Assembly (NCBI RefSeq): GCF_009914755.1
Contig: NC_060930.1
DNA length: 64,000 nucleotides
Reading direction: 5' to 3' (one strand)
Origin: the human T2T-CHM13v2.0 reference genome, Homo sapiens
A program made the position numbers and the translations under genes. The notes under the pieces were generated by a model, which did no database searches, was not told the DNA's origin, and saw nothing but the letters and a program-made list of their open reading frames with translations. Positions 1 through 10,183 of this stretch are shown piece after piece (the stretch's first letter is position 1; each line of letters begins with the position of its first letter).

Positions 1-234
1 TTTTCTGGATTTTTAAGCTTCTTTCTTTCCTTCCCTTTTGCTTTGCCAGGGAAGGGATTCTACCACTTTCGCAGGATGGTCTTTCCTCATCTGTAACCTT
101 GCTAAATAATTTCTCTCTTTTATTTTCATCAAGCTCTTTCATTTATGGGATCCTTTGCCTTTGCTTATAGCCATAAGAAATTCTTCTTATCTCATTCCCT
201 CAATTCCTGGATTTTTGTTAACTCTATGTGAAAT

Positions 235-499
235 GGAAATAGAAGAAAACTACCTAAATATGATCAAAGCTACTTACAAAAAACTGTGGCATATGAAATA
301 AACATTGGGATAATTCCCACAAAAAAATCACAACTAAGGAAAAGATATCTACTAATACCACTATAATTCAACATCATTTGGGAGGCACTAGAAAATGCAG
401 TAAGAAAAACGAAATAACCAATACAACTATTGAAGAAGAGGGGACAGTTACTTCTACATACCTAAAATATGATTTTATGCCCAGAATACTTAGAAGAAT
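235..499 (+). mobile_element. Ancient L1M ORF2 fragment (continues ~1255-1760 after the LTR pair)
   Basis: Diverged match to the L1 ORF2 motif CCACTCCTATTCAACATAGTACTGGAAGTCCTAGCC (here ccactataattcaacatcatttgggaggcactag). Confidence 0.55.
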
Positions 500-880
500 T
501 AATATGGTTTGGCTCTGTGTCCCTACCCAAATCTCATTTCGAATGAAGAGATTTGTAATCCCTACATGTCAAGGGAGGGACCTGGTGGGAGGTGATTAGA
601 TCATGGGGGTCATTTCCCCCATGCTGTTCTCATGACAGTGAGTGAATTCTCAGGAGAGCTGATTGTTTTAAAGTGTGGCACTTCCTCACTCTCTTGCTCT
701 ATCTCTCTCTCCTGCTACCTTGTGAAAAGGGTACTTGTTTCTCCTTTGCCTCCTGTCATGATTGTAAGTTTCCTGAGGTCTCCCCAGCCATGTGGAACTG
801 TGAGTTAATTAAACTTCTTTCCTTTATAAATTACCCAGTCTCAGACAGTTCTTTATAGCAGGTGAAAATGGGCTAATACA
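500..880 (+). mobile_element. MaLR solo LTR, THE1D-like
   Basis: Starts taatatggtttggctctgtgtccctacccaaatctcat and ends ggctaataca; internal gattgtaagtttcctgagg. Confidence 0.88.
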
Positions 881-882
881 AC

Positions 883-1247
883 TGATACAGTTTGGCTGTG
901 TCCCCACCCAAATCTCATCTTGAATTGTAACTCCCACAATTCCCTGTGTCATGGGAGGGACCCAGTGGGAGGTAATTGAACCATGGGGGTGGGTCTTTCT
1001 CTGCTGTTCTCCTAATAGTGAATAAGTCTCATGAGATCTGACGGTTTTATAAATAGGAGTTCCCCTGCACAAGCTCTTTCTCCTTCTTTGTCTGCTGCCA
1101 TCCATGTAAGATGTGACTTGCTCCTCCTTGCCCTCTGTCATGATTGTGAGGCGTCCCCAGCCATGTGGAACTGTAAGTCCATTAAACCTTTTTTTCTTCC
1201 CAGTCTCAGGTATGTCTTTATAAGCAGCATAAAAACAGACTAATACA
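883..1247 (+). mobile_element. MaLR solo LTR, THE1A/B-like, with 5-bp TSD ACAAC
   Basis: tgatacagtttggctgtgtccccacccaaatc...cagactaataca; ACAAC at 878-882 and 1248-1252. Confidence 0.9.
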
Positions 1248-1764
1248 ACAACTGTATTAAAAAATTAGCAAAGAAGCCAGATAAAAGAAAACAATCACAA
1301 AAACAGATTTTATTTATATTAGCAATGAGTTGAAGATCCAAACTGAAAAATAAATATTAATTAATAATAGCAACAAAAATGAAAAAGATACCTGGGAATA
1401 TATTATATAAGAAAAACACAGAACTTAGATAAGGAAAATTAAATAATAGGAACACTTGAACACTTAGGAAAATATATCTTGCCTCTGAATGAAACAACAT
1501 TATTTTTAAAGTGCAATTCTTCTAGTAATAATGAATATGTAAATTTAATCCAAAACCAGCAATAATTTACTGTAATCACAATCTGGTATATTTTGTAACT
1601 CGATAAAATTAGTTTAGAATTTTTATAAAAAATAAATCACTGTGAAGAGACACAAATATCTTGAAAAAGAGGAAAATTGAAAGGTAAACATACTTTAACA
1701 TATATTAACGTGTTATAAAGCAAACACAATTCCAAAAAATATATATATTTGTCAGTGGAATACA

Positions 1765-2696
1765 AAAAAAATACCTAGGAATACATCTAACCAAGAAGGT
1801 GAAAGACCTCTACAAGGAGAGCTACAAAACATTGGTGAAAGAAATCATAGATGATACAGACAAATGGGAAAACATTCTATGCTCATGGACTGGAAGAATC
1901 AATGTCATCAAAATGTCCATGCTGTCCAAAGCAATCCACAGATTCAAGACAATTCCCATCAAATTACCAATATCATTCCTCACAGAATTAGAAAATAGTA
2001 TTCTAAAATTCATATACAACTAAAAAAAAAAAAAAAAAAAAAAAGCCTGGCTAGCCAAAGCTATACTAAGCAAAAAGAACAAAGCCAGAGGCATCACGTT
2101 ACCCAACTTCAAACTATAAGGCTACAGTAATCAAAATAGCATGGTACTGGTACAAAAACAGACACATGGACCAATGGAACAGAATAGAGAACCCAGAAAT
2201 AAAGCCATAACCCTACAGCCTTCTGATCTTTGGCAAAGTTGACAAAAATCAGCAATGGGGAAAGGACTCCCTATTCAATAAATAGTGCCGGAATAGCTGG
2301 CTAGCCATATGCAGAAGATTGAAACTAGATCCCTACCTTTCACCATATACAAAAATAAACTCAAGGTAGATTAAAGATTTAAATGTAAGACCTCAACCTA
2401 TAAGAATCCTAGAATAAAACCTTTGAAATACTCTACTACTGGACATGGGCCTTGGCAAATAATTTATGACTAAGTCCTCAAAAGCAAATACAACAAAAAC
2501 AAAAATTGACAATAGGGACCTAATTAAACTAAAAACTAATAGTAAAATAAACTATCAATACGGTAAACAGACAACCTACAGAATGAGAGAAAACATTTGC
2601 AAACTATGCATCCAACAAAAGACTTATATTCAGAATCTATAAGCAACTTAAACACATCAACAAGAAAAAAGCAAACAACCCCATTAAGAAGTAGGC
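1765..2696 (+). mobile_element. L1 (L1PA16/17-like) ORF2 3' region, left half, split by the SVA
   Basis: ORF 1799-2023 KDLYKESYKTLVKEIIDDTDKWENILCSWTGRINVIKM is typical L1 ORF2p; sequence resumes after 5077. Confidence 0.92.
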
Positions 2697-2827
2697 GAAT
2701 CGCTTCAACCTGGGAGGCAGAGGTTGCAGTGAGCCGAGATTGCACCACTGCACTCCACCCAGACAACAGAGCAAGACTCCGTCTCAAAAAATAAAATAAA
2801 ATAAAAGGAAAAGAAAAAAGAAATTTC
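2697..2827 (+). mobile_element. 5'-transduced Alu 3' fragment (AluS-like) with A-rich tail, inside the SVA insertion
   Basis: gaatcgcttcaacctgggaggcagaggttgcagtgagccgagat...gactccgtctc followed by an A-rich tail; begins immediately after the left TSD. Confidence 0.92.
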
Positions 2828-3193
2828 AGGCAGAGGAGGTCGCGGCGCCGGAGGCCCCAGAAGGGTCGAAGGCGCCGCGGGCTGGGGTCGGTGGCTTAGG
2901 GAGCCCGTCCGGCCATGGTGGCCGCGGCTGGTGGTTGGCGCGGCTGCGCTGCGGCCCGGGGCAGTGCGGAGCCGGGACAGTCGCGGCGCTGACGCCCGCG
3001 GGCCCCAGCTGCAGATATGAAGCGGAGCCGCTGCCGCGACCGACCGCAGCCGCCGCCGCCCGACCGCCGGGAGGATGGAGTTCAGCGGGCAGCGGAGCTG
3101 TCTCAGTCTTTGCCGCCGCGCCGGCGAGCGCCGCCCGGGAGGCAGCGGCTGGAGGAGCGGACGGGCCCCGCGGGGCCCGAGGGCAAGGAGCAG
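2828..3193 (+). other. MAST2: Captured MAST2 exon 1 (5'UTR plus first 59 codons); CpG island
   Basis: 3017-3193 translates MKRSRCRDRPQPPPPDRREDGVQRAAELSQSLPPRRRAPPGRQRLEERTGPAGPEGKEQ, which I recognise as the MAST2 N-terminus. It ends at exon-end GAGCAG, joined directly to SVA sequence. Confidence 0.93.
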
Positions 3194-3340
3194 CCGCCTG
3201 CCTTGGCCTCCCAAAGTGCCGAGATTGCAGCCTCTGCCCGGCTGCCACCCCGTCTGGGAAGTGAGGAGTGTCTCTGCCTGGCCGCCCATCGTCTGGGATG
3301 TGAGGAGCCCCTCTGCCTGGCTGCCCAGTCTGGAAAGTGA
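3017..3340 (+). CDS. Potential chimeric MAST2(1-59)-SVA peptide, 107 aa (expression unproven)
   Basis: Open frame from the MAST2 ATG through the splice junction into SVA Alu-like/VNTR sequence. Confidence 0.25.
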   Translation: MKRSRCRDRPQPPPPDRREDGVQRAAELSQSLPPRRRAPPGRQRLEERTGPAGPEGKEQPPALASQSAEIAASARLPPRLGSEECLCLAAHRLGCEEPLCLAAQSGK

Positions 3341-4535
3341 GGAGCGTCTCCGCCCGGCCGCCATCCCATCTAGGAAGTGAGGAGCGCCTCTTCCCAGCCG
3401 CCATCACATCTAGGAAGTGAGGAGCGTCTCTGCCCGGCCGCCCATCGTCTGAGATGTGGGGAGCGCCTCTGCCCCGCCGCCCCATCTGGGATGTGAGGAG
3501 CGCCTCTGCCCGGCCGAGACCCCGTCTGGGAGGTGAGGAGCGTCTCTGCCCGGCCGCCCCGTCTGAGAAGTGAGGAGACCCTCTGCCTGGCAACCACCCC
3601 GTCTGAGAAGTGAGGAGCCCCTCCGCCCGGCAGCTGCCCCGTCTGAGAAGTGAGGAGCCTCTCCGCCCGGCAGCCACCCCATCTGGGAAGTGAGGAGCGT
3701 CTCCGCCCGGCAGCCACCCCGTCCGGGAGGGAGGTGGGGGGGGGGTCAGCCCCCCACCTGGCCAGCCGCCCCATCCGGGAGGGAGGTGGGGGGTCAGCCC
3801 CCCCGCCCGGCCAGCCATGCCGTCCGGGAGGGAGGTGGGGGGGTCAGCCCCCCGCCCGGCCAGCCGCCCCGTCCGGGAGGTGAGGGGCGCCTCTGCCCGG
3901 CCGCCCCTACTGGGAAGTGAGGAGCCCCTCAGCCCGGCCAGCCACCCCGTCCGGGAGGGAGATGGGGGGGTCAGCCCCCCCACCCGGCCAGCCGCCCCGT
4001 CCGGGAGGGAGGTAGGGGGGTCAGCCCCCCGCCTGGCCAGCCGCCCCGTCCGGGAGGGAGGTGGGGGGGTCAGCCCTCCGCCCGGCCAGCCGCCCCGTCT
4101 GGGAGGTGAGGGGCGCCTCTGCCCAGCCGCCCCTACTGGGAAGTGAGGAGCCCCTCTGCCCGGCCAGCCGCCCCATCCGGGAGGGAGGTGAGGGGGTCAG
4201 CCCCCCGCCCAGCCAGCCGCCCTGTCCGGGAGGGAGGTGGGGGGGTCAGCCCTCCGCCCGGCCAGCCGCCCCGTCTGGGAGGTGAGGGGCGCCTCTGCCC
4301 GGCCGCCCCTACTGGGAAGTGAGGAGCCCCTCTGCCCGGCCAGCCGCCCCGTCCGGGAAGGAGGTGCGGGGGTCGGACCCCCGCCCGGCCAGCCGCCCCG
4401 TCCGGGAGGGAGGTGGGGGGATTCGGCCCCCCTGCCCGGCCAGCCGCCCCGTCCGGGAGGTGAGGGGCGCCTCTGCCCGGCCGCCCCTACTGGGAAGTGA
4501 GGAGCCCCTCTGCCCGGCCACCACCCCGTCTGGGA
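3240..4535 (+). repeat. SVA VNTR (GC-rich ~35-50 bp units)
   Basis: Repeated gcctctgcccggccgccc..tctgggaagtgaggagc and ccgtccgggagggaggtgggggggtcagccccc units. Confidence 0.97.
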
Positions 4536-5045
4536 GGTGTGCCCAACAGCTCATTGAGAACGGGCCAGGATGACAATGGCGGCTTTGTGGAATAGAAAGG
4601 CGGGAAAGGTGGGGAAAAGATTGAGAAATCGGATGGTTGCCGTGTCTGTGTAGAAAGAAGTAGACATGGGAGACTTTTCATTTTGTTCTGCACTAAGAAA
4701 AATTCCTCTGCCTTGGGATCCTGTTGATCTGTGACCTTACCCCCAACCCTGTGCTCTCTGAAACATGTGCTGTGTCCACTCAGGGTTAAATGGATTAAGG
4801 GCGGTGCAAGATGTGCTTTGTTAAACAGATGCTTGAAGGCAGCATGCTCGTTAAGAGTCATCACCAATCCCTAATCTCAAGTAATCAGGGACACAAACAC
4901 TTCGGAAGGCCGCAGGGTCCTCTGCCTAGGAAAACCAGAGACCTTTGTTCACTTGTTTATCTGCTGACCTTCCCTCCACTATTGTCCCATGACCCTGCCA
5001 AATCCCCCTCTGTGAGAAACACCCAAGAATTATCAATAAAAAAAT
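4536..5045 (+). mobile_element. SVA SINE-R (HERV-K env/LTR-derived)
   Basis: ctcattgagaacgggccaggatgacaatggc...gaaacacccaagaattatcaataaa. Confidence 0.96.
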
Positions 5046-5070
5046 AAATTAAAAAAAAAAAAAAAAAAAA

Positions 5071-5915
5071 AGTAGGCAAAGGACATGAACAGACACTTCT
5101 CACTCAAACGAAAACATACATGTGGCCAAGAAAAAAACTGCTCAACATCACTTATCATCAAAGAAATGCAAATTGAAAGCACAGTGAGATATCATTTCAT
5201 ACCAGCCAGAATGGCTATTATTAAAAAATCAAAAAATAACAGATGCTTGCAAAGTTAAGGACAAAAGGGAATGCTTATACACTGCTTGTAGGAATGTAAA
5301 TTCCACAGCCACTGTGGAAAACAGTTTGGAGATTTCTCAAAGAACTAATAATAGAATTACCATTTGACCCATCAATCTCATTACTTGGTGTCTATCCATA
5401 GGAAAAATCATTCTACCAAAAAGACACCTGTACTTGCATGTTTACTGCAGCGGTATTTACAATAACAAAGACATGGAATAACCCAGGTGCCCATCAATGG
5501 TGGATTAAAAAAAAATGTGATACCTATACACCATGGAATACTATGCAGCCATAAAAAGATTGAAATCACATCCTCTGCAGCAACACAGATTGCAGCTAGA
5601 GGCCATTATCTTAAGTGAATTAACGCAGAAACAGAAAACCAAATACCATGTGTTCTCGTTTTTAAGTGGGAGCTAAACCTTGGGTACATATGAACATAAT
5701 GCTGGGAACACTGGGGACTCCAAAAGTGGGGAGGGAGTGAGGAGAGCAAGGCTTGAAAAATGATCTGTTGGGTACTATGCTCACTATCTGGGTGACAGGT
5801 TCAATAGAGGACCAAACCTTAGCATCACGCAATATATCCATGTAACAAACCTGCACACATACTCCCTGAATCTAAAATAAAATATTTTTAAAAAACCAAA
5901 AAATTAAAAAAAAAT
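5071..5915 (+). mobile_element. L1PA16/17-like 3' end, right half
   Basis: ggcaaaggacatgaacagacacttctc...gggtactatgctcactatctgggtgac...acaaacctgcac..ctgaatctaaaataaaa. Confidence 0.92.
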
Positions 5916-6044
5916 CAGTAGAACAACAGAGTACAAAAATAGACCCAAATACACACAAATGCTTAAAATTTGCAAAATTTTAGCAGGGAGTATTTGAGAT
6001 GATGAAACAGCAATGATGATGATAATAATGATGATCATCAGAAC

Positions 6045-6530
6045 TGTGTTATTTTGGGTGTCCCCGAAAGGGAGAGCAGAGTCAAGAACCTGGCTGCAGG
6101 AAGTTTATTTGGGAGTTGGCATCTGGGAGAAGTAAGGGGGAAGTAAGACAGGAAACAAGGAAAAGCCAACCTAAAGATGCTTCACTGAGGTTGCTGCTTT
6201 GCAATCAATTTCTCTGGGACTGCTTGGGACATGAGCAGAATGCCTCTCACAATTGTCCCCCTAAAGAATGAAAGAGGGGCATACACCTACCAGTTACTAC
6301 CCCTCAGTGGTTAAAGAGTGTCTCTAGACATTAAAACTTCCCCACCCCCACATGTGGGCTGCACTTGAATGAAGGAGGATAATAGAGAAGAGGGCATGTG
6401 CCCTTGAGGTAGGACACTGTCGGGTGAGGTGAGCATGAGGTTGTCTGCAACTGTGCAGTGCAGCTGAACTAAACTCGGAGGTTGGTCATGGGGATGCTGA
6501 TATGGTGTGGGAACCAGAGGTCCATAGTGT
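6045..6530 (-). mobile_element. Ancient ERVL-class LTR (LTR16/LTR33 type)
   Basis: ggaagtttatttgggag...gggaagtaagacaggaaacaaggaaaagccaa motif typical of these LTRs read in reverse. Confidence 0.6.
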
Positions 6531-7094
6531 GCTGGGAAACATTTAGCATAGCAGCCTAACTCTACCAAATAGTCACCCTGGAGAAATCATGGGTAAGGGC
6601 ATTAGGAAGTAGCTTTCCTTAGTGATAAGCTGCTTCTTCATTGTAACCTCATTACATACCATTATGGTATGGTTTGATTCTATGTAGTGAGTCCCATTGG
6701 GTCACCTGAAGAACAACTGACCACCAATGAAAAGACCAAGATACATATAATTGATTTCCATAATGGATGTTCTCCTGACTCCCAAATCTAATTTTACAAG
6801 GTGCTTCCAGTATTCTTGTTTTTTGACTTGTTATTATAGGGGACATTTTGGGTAACATACCTTCCAGATTAATAAAAAATCATGGATGTTCAAATGTTGG
6901 ATTCTTGACTTTCAGCTAAAACATAAGCATTTCTTAAGCATCTTAGTACAAGTGAATCAATGTTACAGTCTCAGACTGTTGGGCCTTGGGCCTGTTCTTC
7001 ATTCAGCAGCCCAGCATATGTCAGATTAGAAAAAAAATCTAAGAAAAATTTAAATGCAACTTGAAGAAAGAAGAAACCTAGTTCCCATGAGCTT

Positions 7095-7315
7095 TTCAAA
7101 TATGAGAACAATAGACTCTGAGGCTTTACTTGAGGGGTGAGGGTGAGAGGAGGATGAGGGTCAAAAAACCACCTATCGGTTACTATGCTCACTACCTGGG
7201 TGCCGGAATCATTTGTGCACAAACCCCAGTGACACACAATTTACCCATGTAACATGCCTGCACATGTATTCCCTGAACCTAAAATAAAAGTTGAAAAAGT
7301 AACAGAAAAAAAAGA
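7095..7315 (+). mobile_element. L1PA15/16-like 3' end fragment
   Basis: tactatgctcactacctgggtg...cctgcacatgtattccctgaacctaaaataaaagttg. Confidence 0.85.
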
Positions 7316-7574
7316 TTAGTAATAGCAATTTCTCTGGAGCAAAGTTATAGTACAAGAAAATAAAGTTGGCAAAAGAAGCAAAGTATAATGAATACTAGAA
7401 AATACTAGGTTATTAATACTCTCCAGAAAATAGTTGTCATTCTTATGGTAGTTAAGATATTTGTCATAATCTGGTTTATCTTCAATCATGACTGACTTTT
7501 CTACATGGATTCTACTTCTTAGGTTCTGCTGCTCATTTCCTCACCTGAAATGTCCACCCTATTTATCTGTGTCT

Positions 7575-7845
7575 ATTTTATTTATTTATTTGGGGGACAG
7601 AGTCTCTGTCTGTTGCCCAGGCTGGAGTGCAGTGGTGTGAGCTCGGCTCACAGCAACTTCCACCTCCTGGGTTCAAGCAATTCTTGTGATTTAGCCTCCC
7701 AAGTAGCTAAGACTACAGGCACGTGCCACCAGCCCAGCTAATGTTTGTATTTTTAGTAGAGACAGGGTTTTGCCCTGTTGGCCAGGCTGGTTTCAAACTC
7801 CTGGGCTCAAGCGATCTGCCTGCCTTGGCCTTCCAAAGTGCTGTG
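7575..7845 (-). mobile_element. Alu (AluJ/S), 5' end missing
   Basis: Reverse Alu gacagagtctc...ttccaaagtgctg. Confidence 0.92.
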
Positions 7846-8265
7846 GTTTGCCAGACAGATCTCCCCTTAAGGGCTGAGGCCCTCATTGTTCCAGATGTTG
7901 AGATGTTGGCTGCTAACAGCTCACAGATGAGTTCTTCTCTGGACATTGGTCTTTGTAGATGGGAGCTGCCTCAGCCAAGGTTACCCCTATTCCCTAGGCA
8001 CAGTCCACATCCAGTGTAGTAAAGAGGACTGGCTTAAAAAGGATTGGCATACTTGCCTAGATTCAGGACAACACTGACAGGTCATCTCAACTCCAGAGGA
8101 TCCTCTGAGGCCTCCATTAAAACTGAATCGTAGTTTAAATTCCCTGCTTTGCCCAATCTTGCATCCCTCACTCCTCACAGACATTTCTCTCAAGAGCACT
8201 CACCATTAATTGCTTGCACACAAATTTGTGCTTCAGTCTGTTTCCTGGAGAAGTTGGAGATCACA
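7846..8265 (+). mobile_element. ERVL LTR16-like LTR
   Basis: gctgctaacagctcacag...gggagctgcctcagccaagg...ttgcacacaaatttgtgcttcagtctgtttcctggag. Confidence 0.65.
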
Positions 8266-8542
8266 AAAATGTCTTTGATATTATCCAAATAATATTACTT
8301 AATGCTTTAGTCTTTTTTGTGTTTCATACTTGAAAATAACACTCTGATACATGGTAGCTACCAAATCTAGTCTCAGAAGGAGGAATAGGAAATTGAACCA
8401 CAGGATAATTTAATTGACTGAATTGACCAGCTTTGTTGGCATTATTCATTTTGTCACAAAAAATAAAAATTAATCAATACAAGCATAATTAACCATTACA
8501 AAGAGCTATATTACAACAATTATAAATTGTTTTTATGTATAT

Positions 8543-8827
8543 ATTTTTTGAGACAGTCTCACTCTGTTACCCAGGCTGTAGTGCAATGGCACAATCTTGG
8601 CTGACTGCAACCTCCACCTCCCGGGTTCAAGTGATTCTCCTGCCTCAGCCTCCTGAGTAGCTGGGATTACAGGTGCCTGCCACCATGCCTGGCTAATTTT
8701 TGTCTTTTTAGTAGAGACGGGGTTTCACCATGTTGGTCAGGCTCGTCTTGAGCTCTTGACCTCGTGATCTGCCCGCCTCGGCCTCCCAAAGTGCTGGGAT
8801 TACAGGGGTGAGCCACCATGCCCGGCC
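8543..8827 (-). mobile_element. AluS
   Basis: Full reverse Alu ending gagccaccatgcccggcc. Confidence 0.95.
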
Positions 8828-9194
8828 TATGATTTTTTATTAACGGGATTTAAATTATTTGGTTTTAATGGTTCATTTTGCTTGTAACTTTTAAACTATT
8901 TATATGAAAAGACATCATAATATTTAATCCATAAGCATCATAGATGTAAGATTTTAAAATGGTATAATCATATCATTTCTTATGAGAGCAGAGTTGGATT
9001 ACCAAAAATAACAAATTTATTTTTATATAATGTAGTTACCTTTGTAAATGTGGACTGTAGTTTCTGGCCATTGGAGTGTTCATTGGGTTGATGATGCATT
9101 AGCTTTGTCAGGAATACTGTGCTCGTGGAAAGTAACACAGTAATATTTTGGTTTTAGTCTAACATAATAATAGATTGTACTAGAGAGTATCTAC

Positions 9195-9666
9195 TGACCG
9201 TCTACAGCAATCCCTCCTCCTCCTCCTTTCTTGTATTTCAGGTTTGTAAGACTAAATGCTGTGTTTCTGAAACTCCTGCAACTGGAGAGATGATTCTGTC
9301 CCTGGGTGTGATTTAAGTGCTCCCGATGAAAAGCGCTGTCATGAGATTTAAGAGGTGGAAGGGTGGGAAGCCCCCATGTGGGCTCATCAGGAGCTCTGAT
9401 AGACTGGGGGTCTGCAAGGGCCAGACTCCATGTTCCTCTGTCTATCCCCAGCCTCCCGGGTGTCAGTTGAGAGGGCAGCAGTCTCCTGACCAATGGATTG
9501 AAGCTGCAGTGGTGCAACTTGGAAACAAGTGTCCAGTTGCAACCCGACTTCGGCTCCTCTAGCCTTTCCACTGGCTTTATAAACACCAGATTCCCTATGT
9601 TAAACCCCATGCACTTGAACTGCTTACACTAGTTTCTTGATCTTTCACTGAAACCTGACCGATACA
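9195..9666 (+). mobile_element. Ancient ERVL LTR (LTR33-like)
   Basis: 3' end ttccctatgttaaacccc...gaaacctgaccgataca. Confidence 0.55.
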
Positions 9667-10183
9667 TTTTCCTACCTACAAAAAAAAGTCAACCTGGTTT
9701 TACTTAAACCATGACTACTGCTGTTAACACAAATGAATAAATAAGTGCATATGTGACAATTTGCTCTCCTTCCTTTGTAATGTAAGAAGGTATATCCTCT
9801 CCATCAAACCACATTTTGGGGGAGATTTCAATGTATTTTTCTGGAAAAAAAAAAAAGGCCTGCTGAGATAAGTGAGAGCTAAGGCTCTAGAATAAAGATG
9901 AGCCTAGAGATCTCTTCTCCTGAGAGCACTCAGCACTAACTGCTTTCACACACATTTCTGCTTCAGTCTCTTTCCCGGGGGAAGCTGGAGGCCGCAAAAA
10001 TTTCTTTGATATCATCCAAATAATATTAATTTTAATTGTTTGCAAATAATTAATTACAAATAATTAACATTAAGAAAATGCAACCAAACCCAAAGCATCC
10101 AGTCCTATCACCAGAGATAAGAACCGTAAGATCTTACACTTCTTACGTTGCCTCCAAGACAGCTGTGTCCAGTGCATGAGGCC

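Larger units (their letters stand above)
2697..5070 (+). mobile_element. Composite SVA_F1 (Alu-MAST2-SVA) retrotransposon insertion
   Basis: Truncated Alu, MAST2 exon 1, SVA Alu-like remnant, VNTR, SINE-R, AATAAA at 5035-5040 and poly(A). All lie within one TSD, AAGTAGGC (2689-2696 / 5070-5077). No CCCTCT hexamer head. Confidence 0.97.

Noticed and set aside
824-1243. Similar ORFs recurring at 824, 25444 and 30611 (…VTSYMDGSRQR…) as a gene family
   Set aside because: They are translations of THE1 LTR copies.
2022-2044. A23 run as the poly(A) tail of a separate insertion
   Set aside because: It sits at a natural A-rich spot of L1 ORF2 with collinear L1 on both sides and no TSD; slippage expansion is the simpler explanation.
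2819-2830. tttcag|g as a splice acceptor explaining the Alu-MAST2 junction
   Set aside because: The upstream sequence is purine-rich with no polypyrimidine tract, and it is retained in the insert. Read-through 5' transduction fits better.
2828-3193. A real MAST2 gene locus or promoter
   Set aside because: The exon end joins SVA sequence with no GT donor, it lies inside a TSD, and no further MAST2 exons appear in the window.
3240-4535. CRISPR-like repeat/spacer array
   Set aside because: The units are degenerate tandem VNTR copies without unique spacers, in eukaryotic DNA with no cas genes.
2705-4867. Long ORFs (385 aa, 219 aa and others) over the GC-rich region
   Set aside because: These are stop-poor frames in the SVA VNTR and antisense MAST2 exon, with repetitive low-complexity translations. 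They are not genes.
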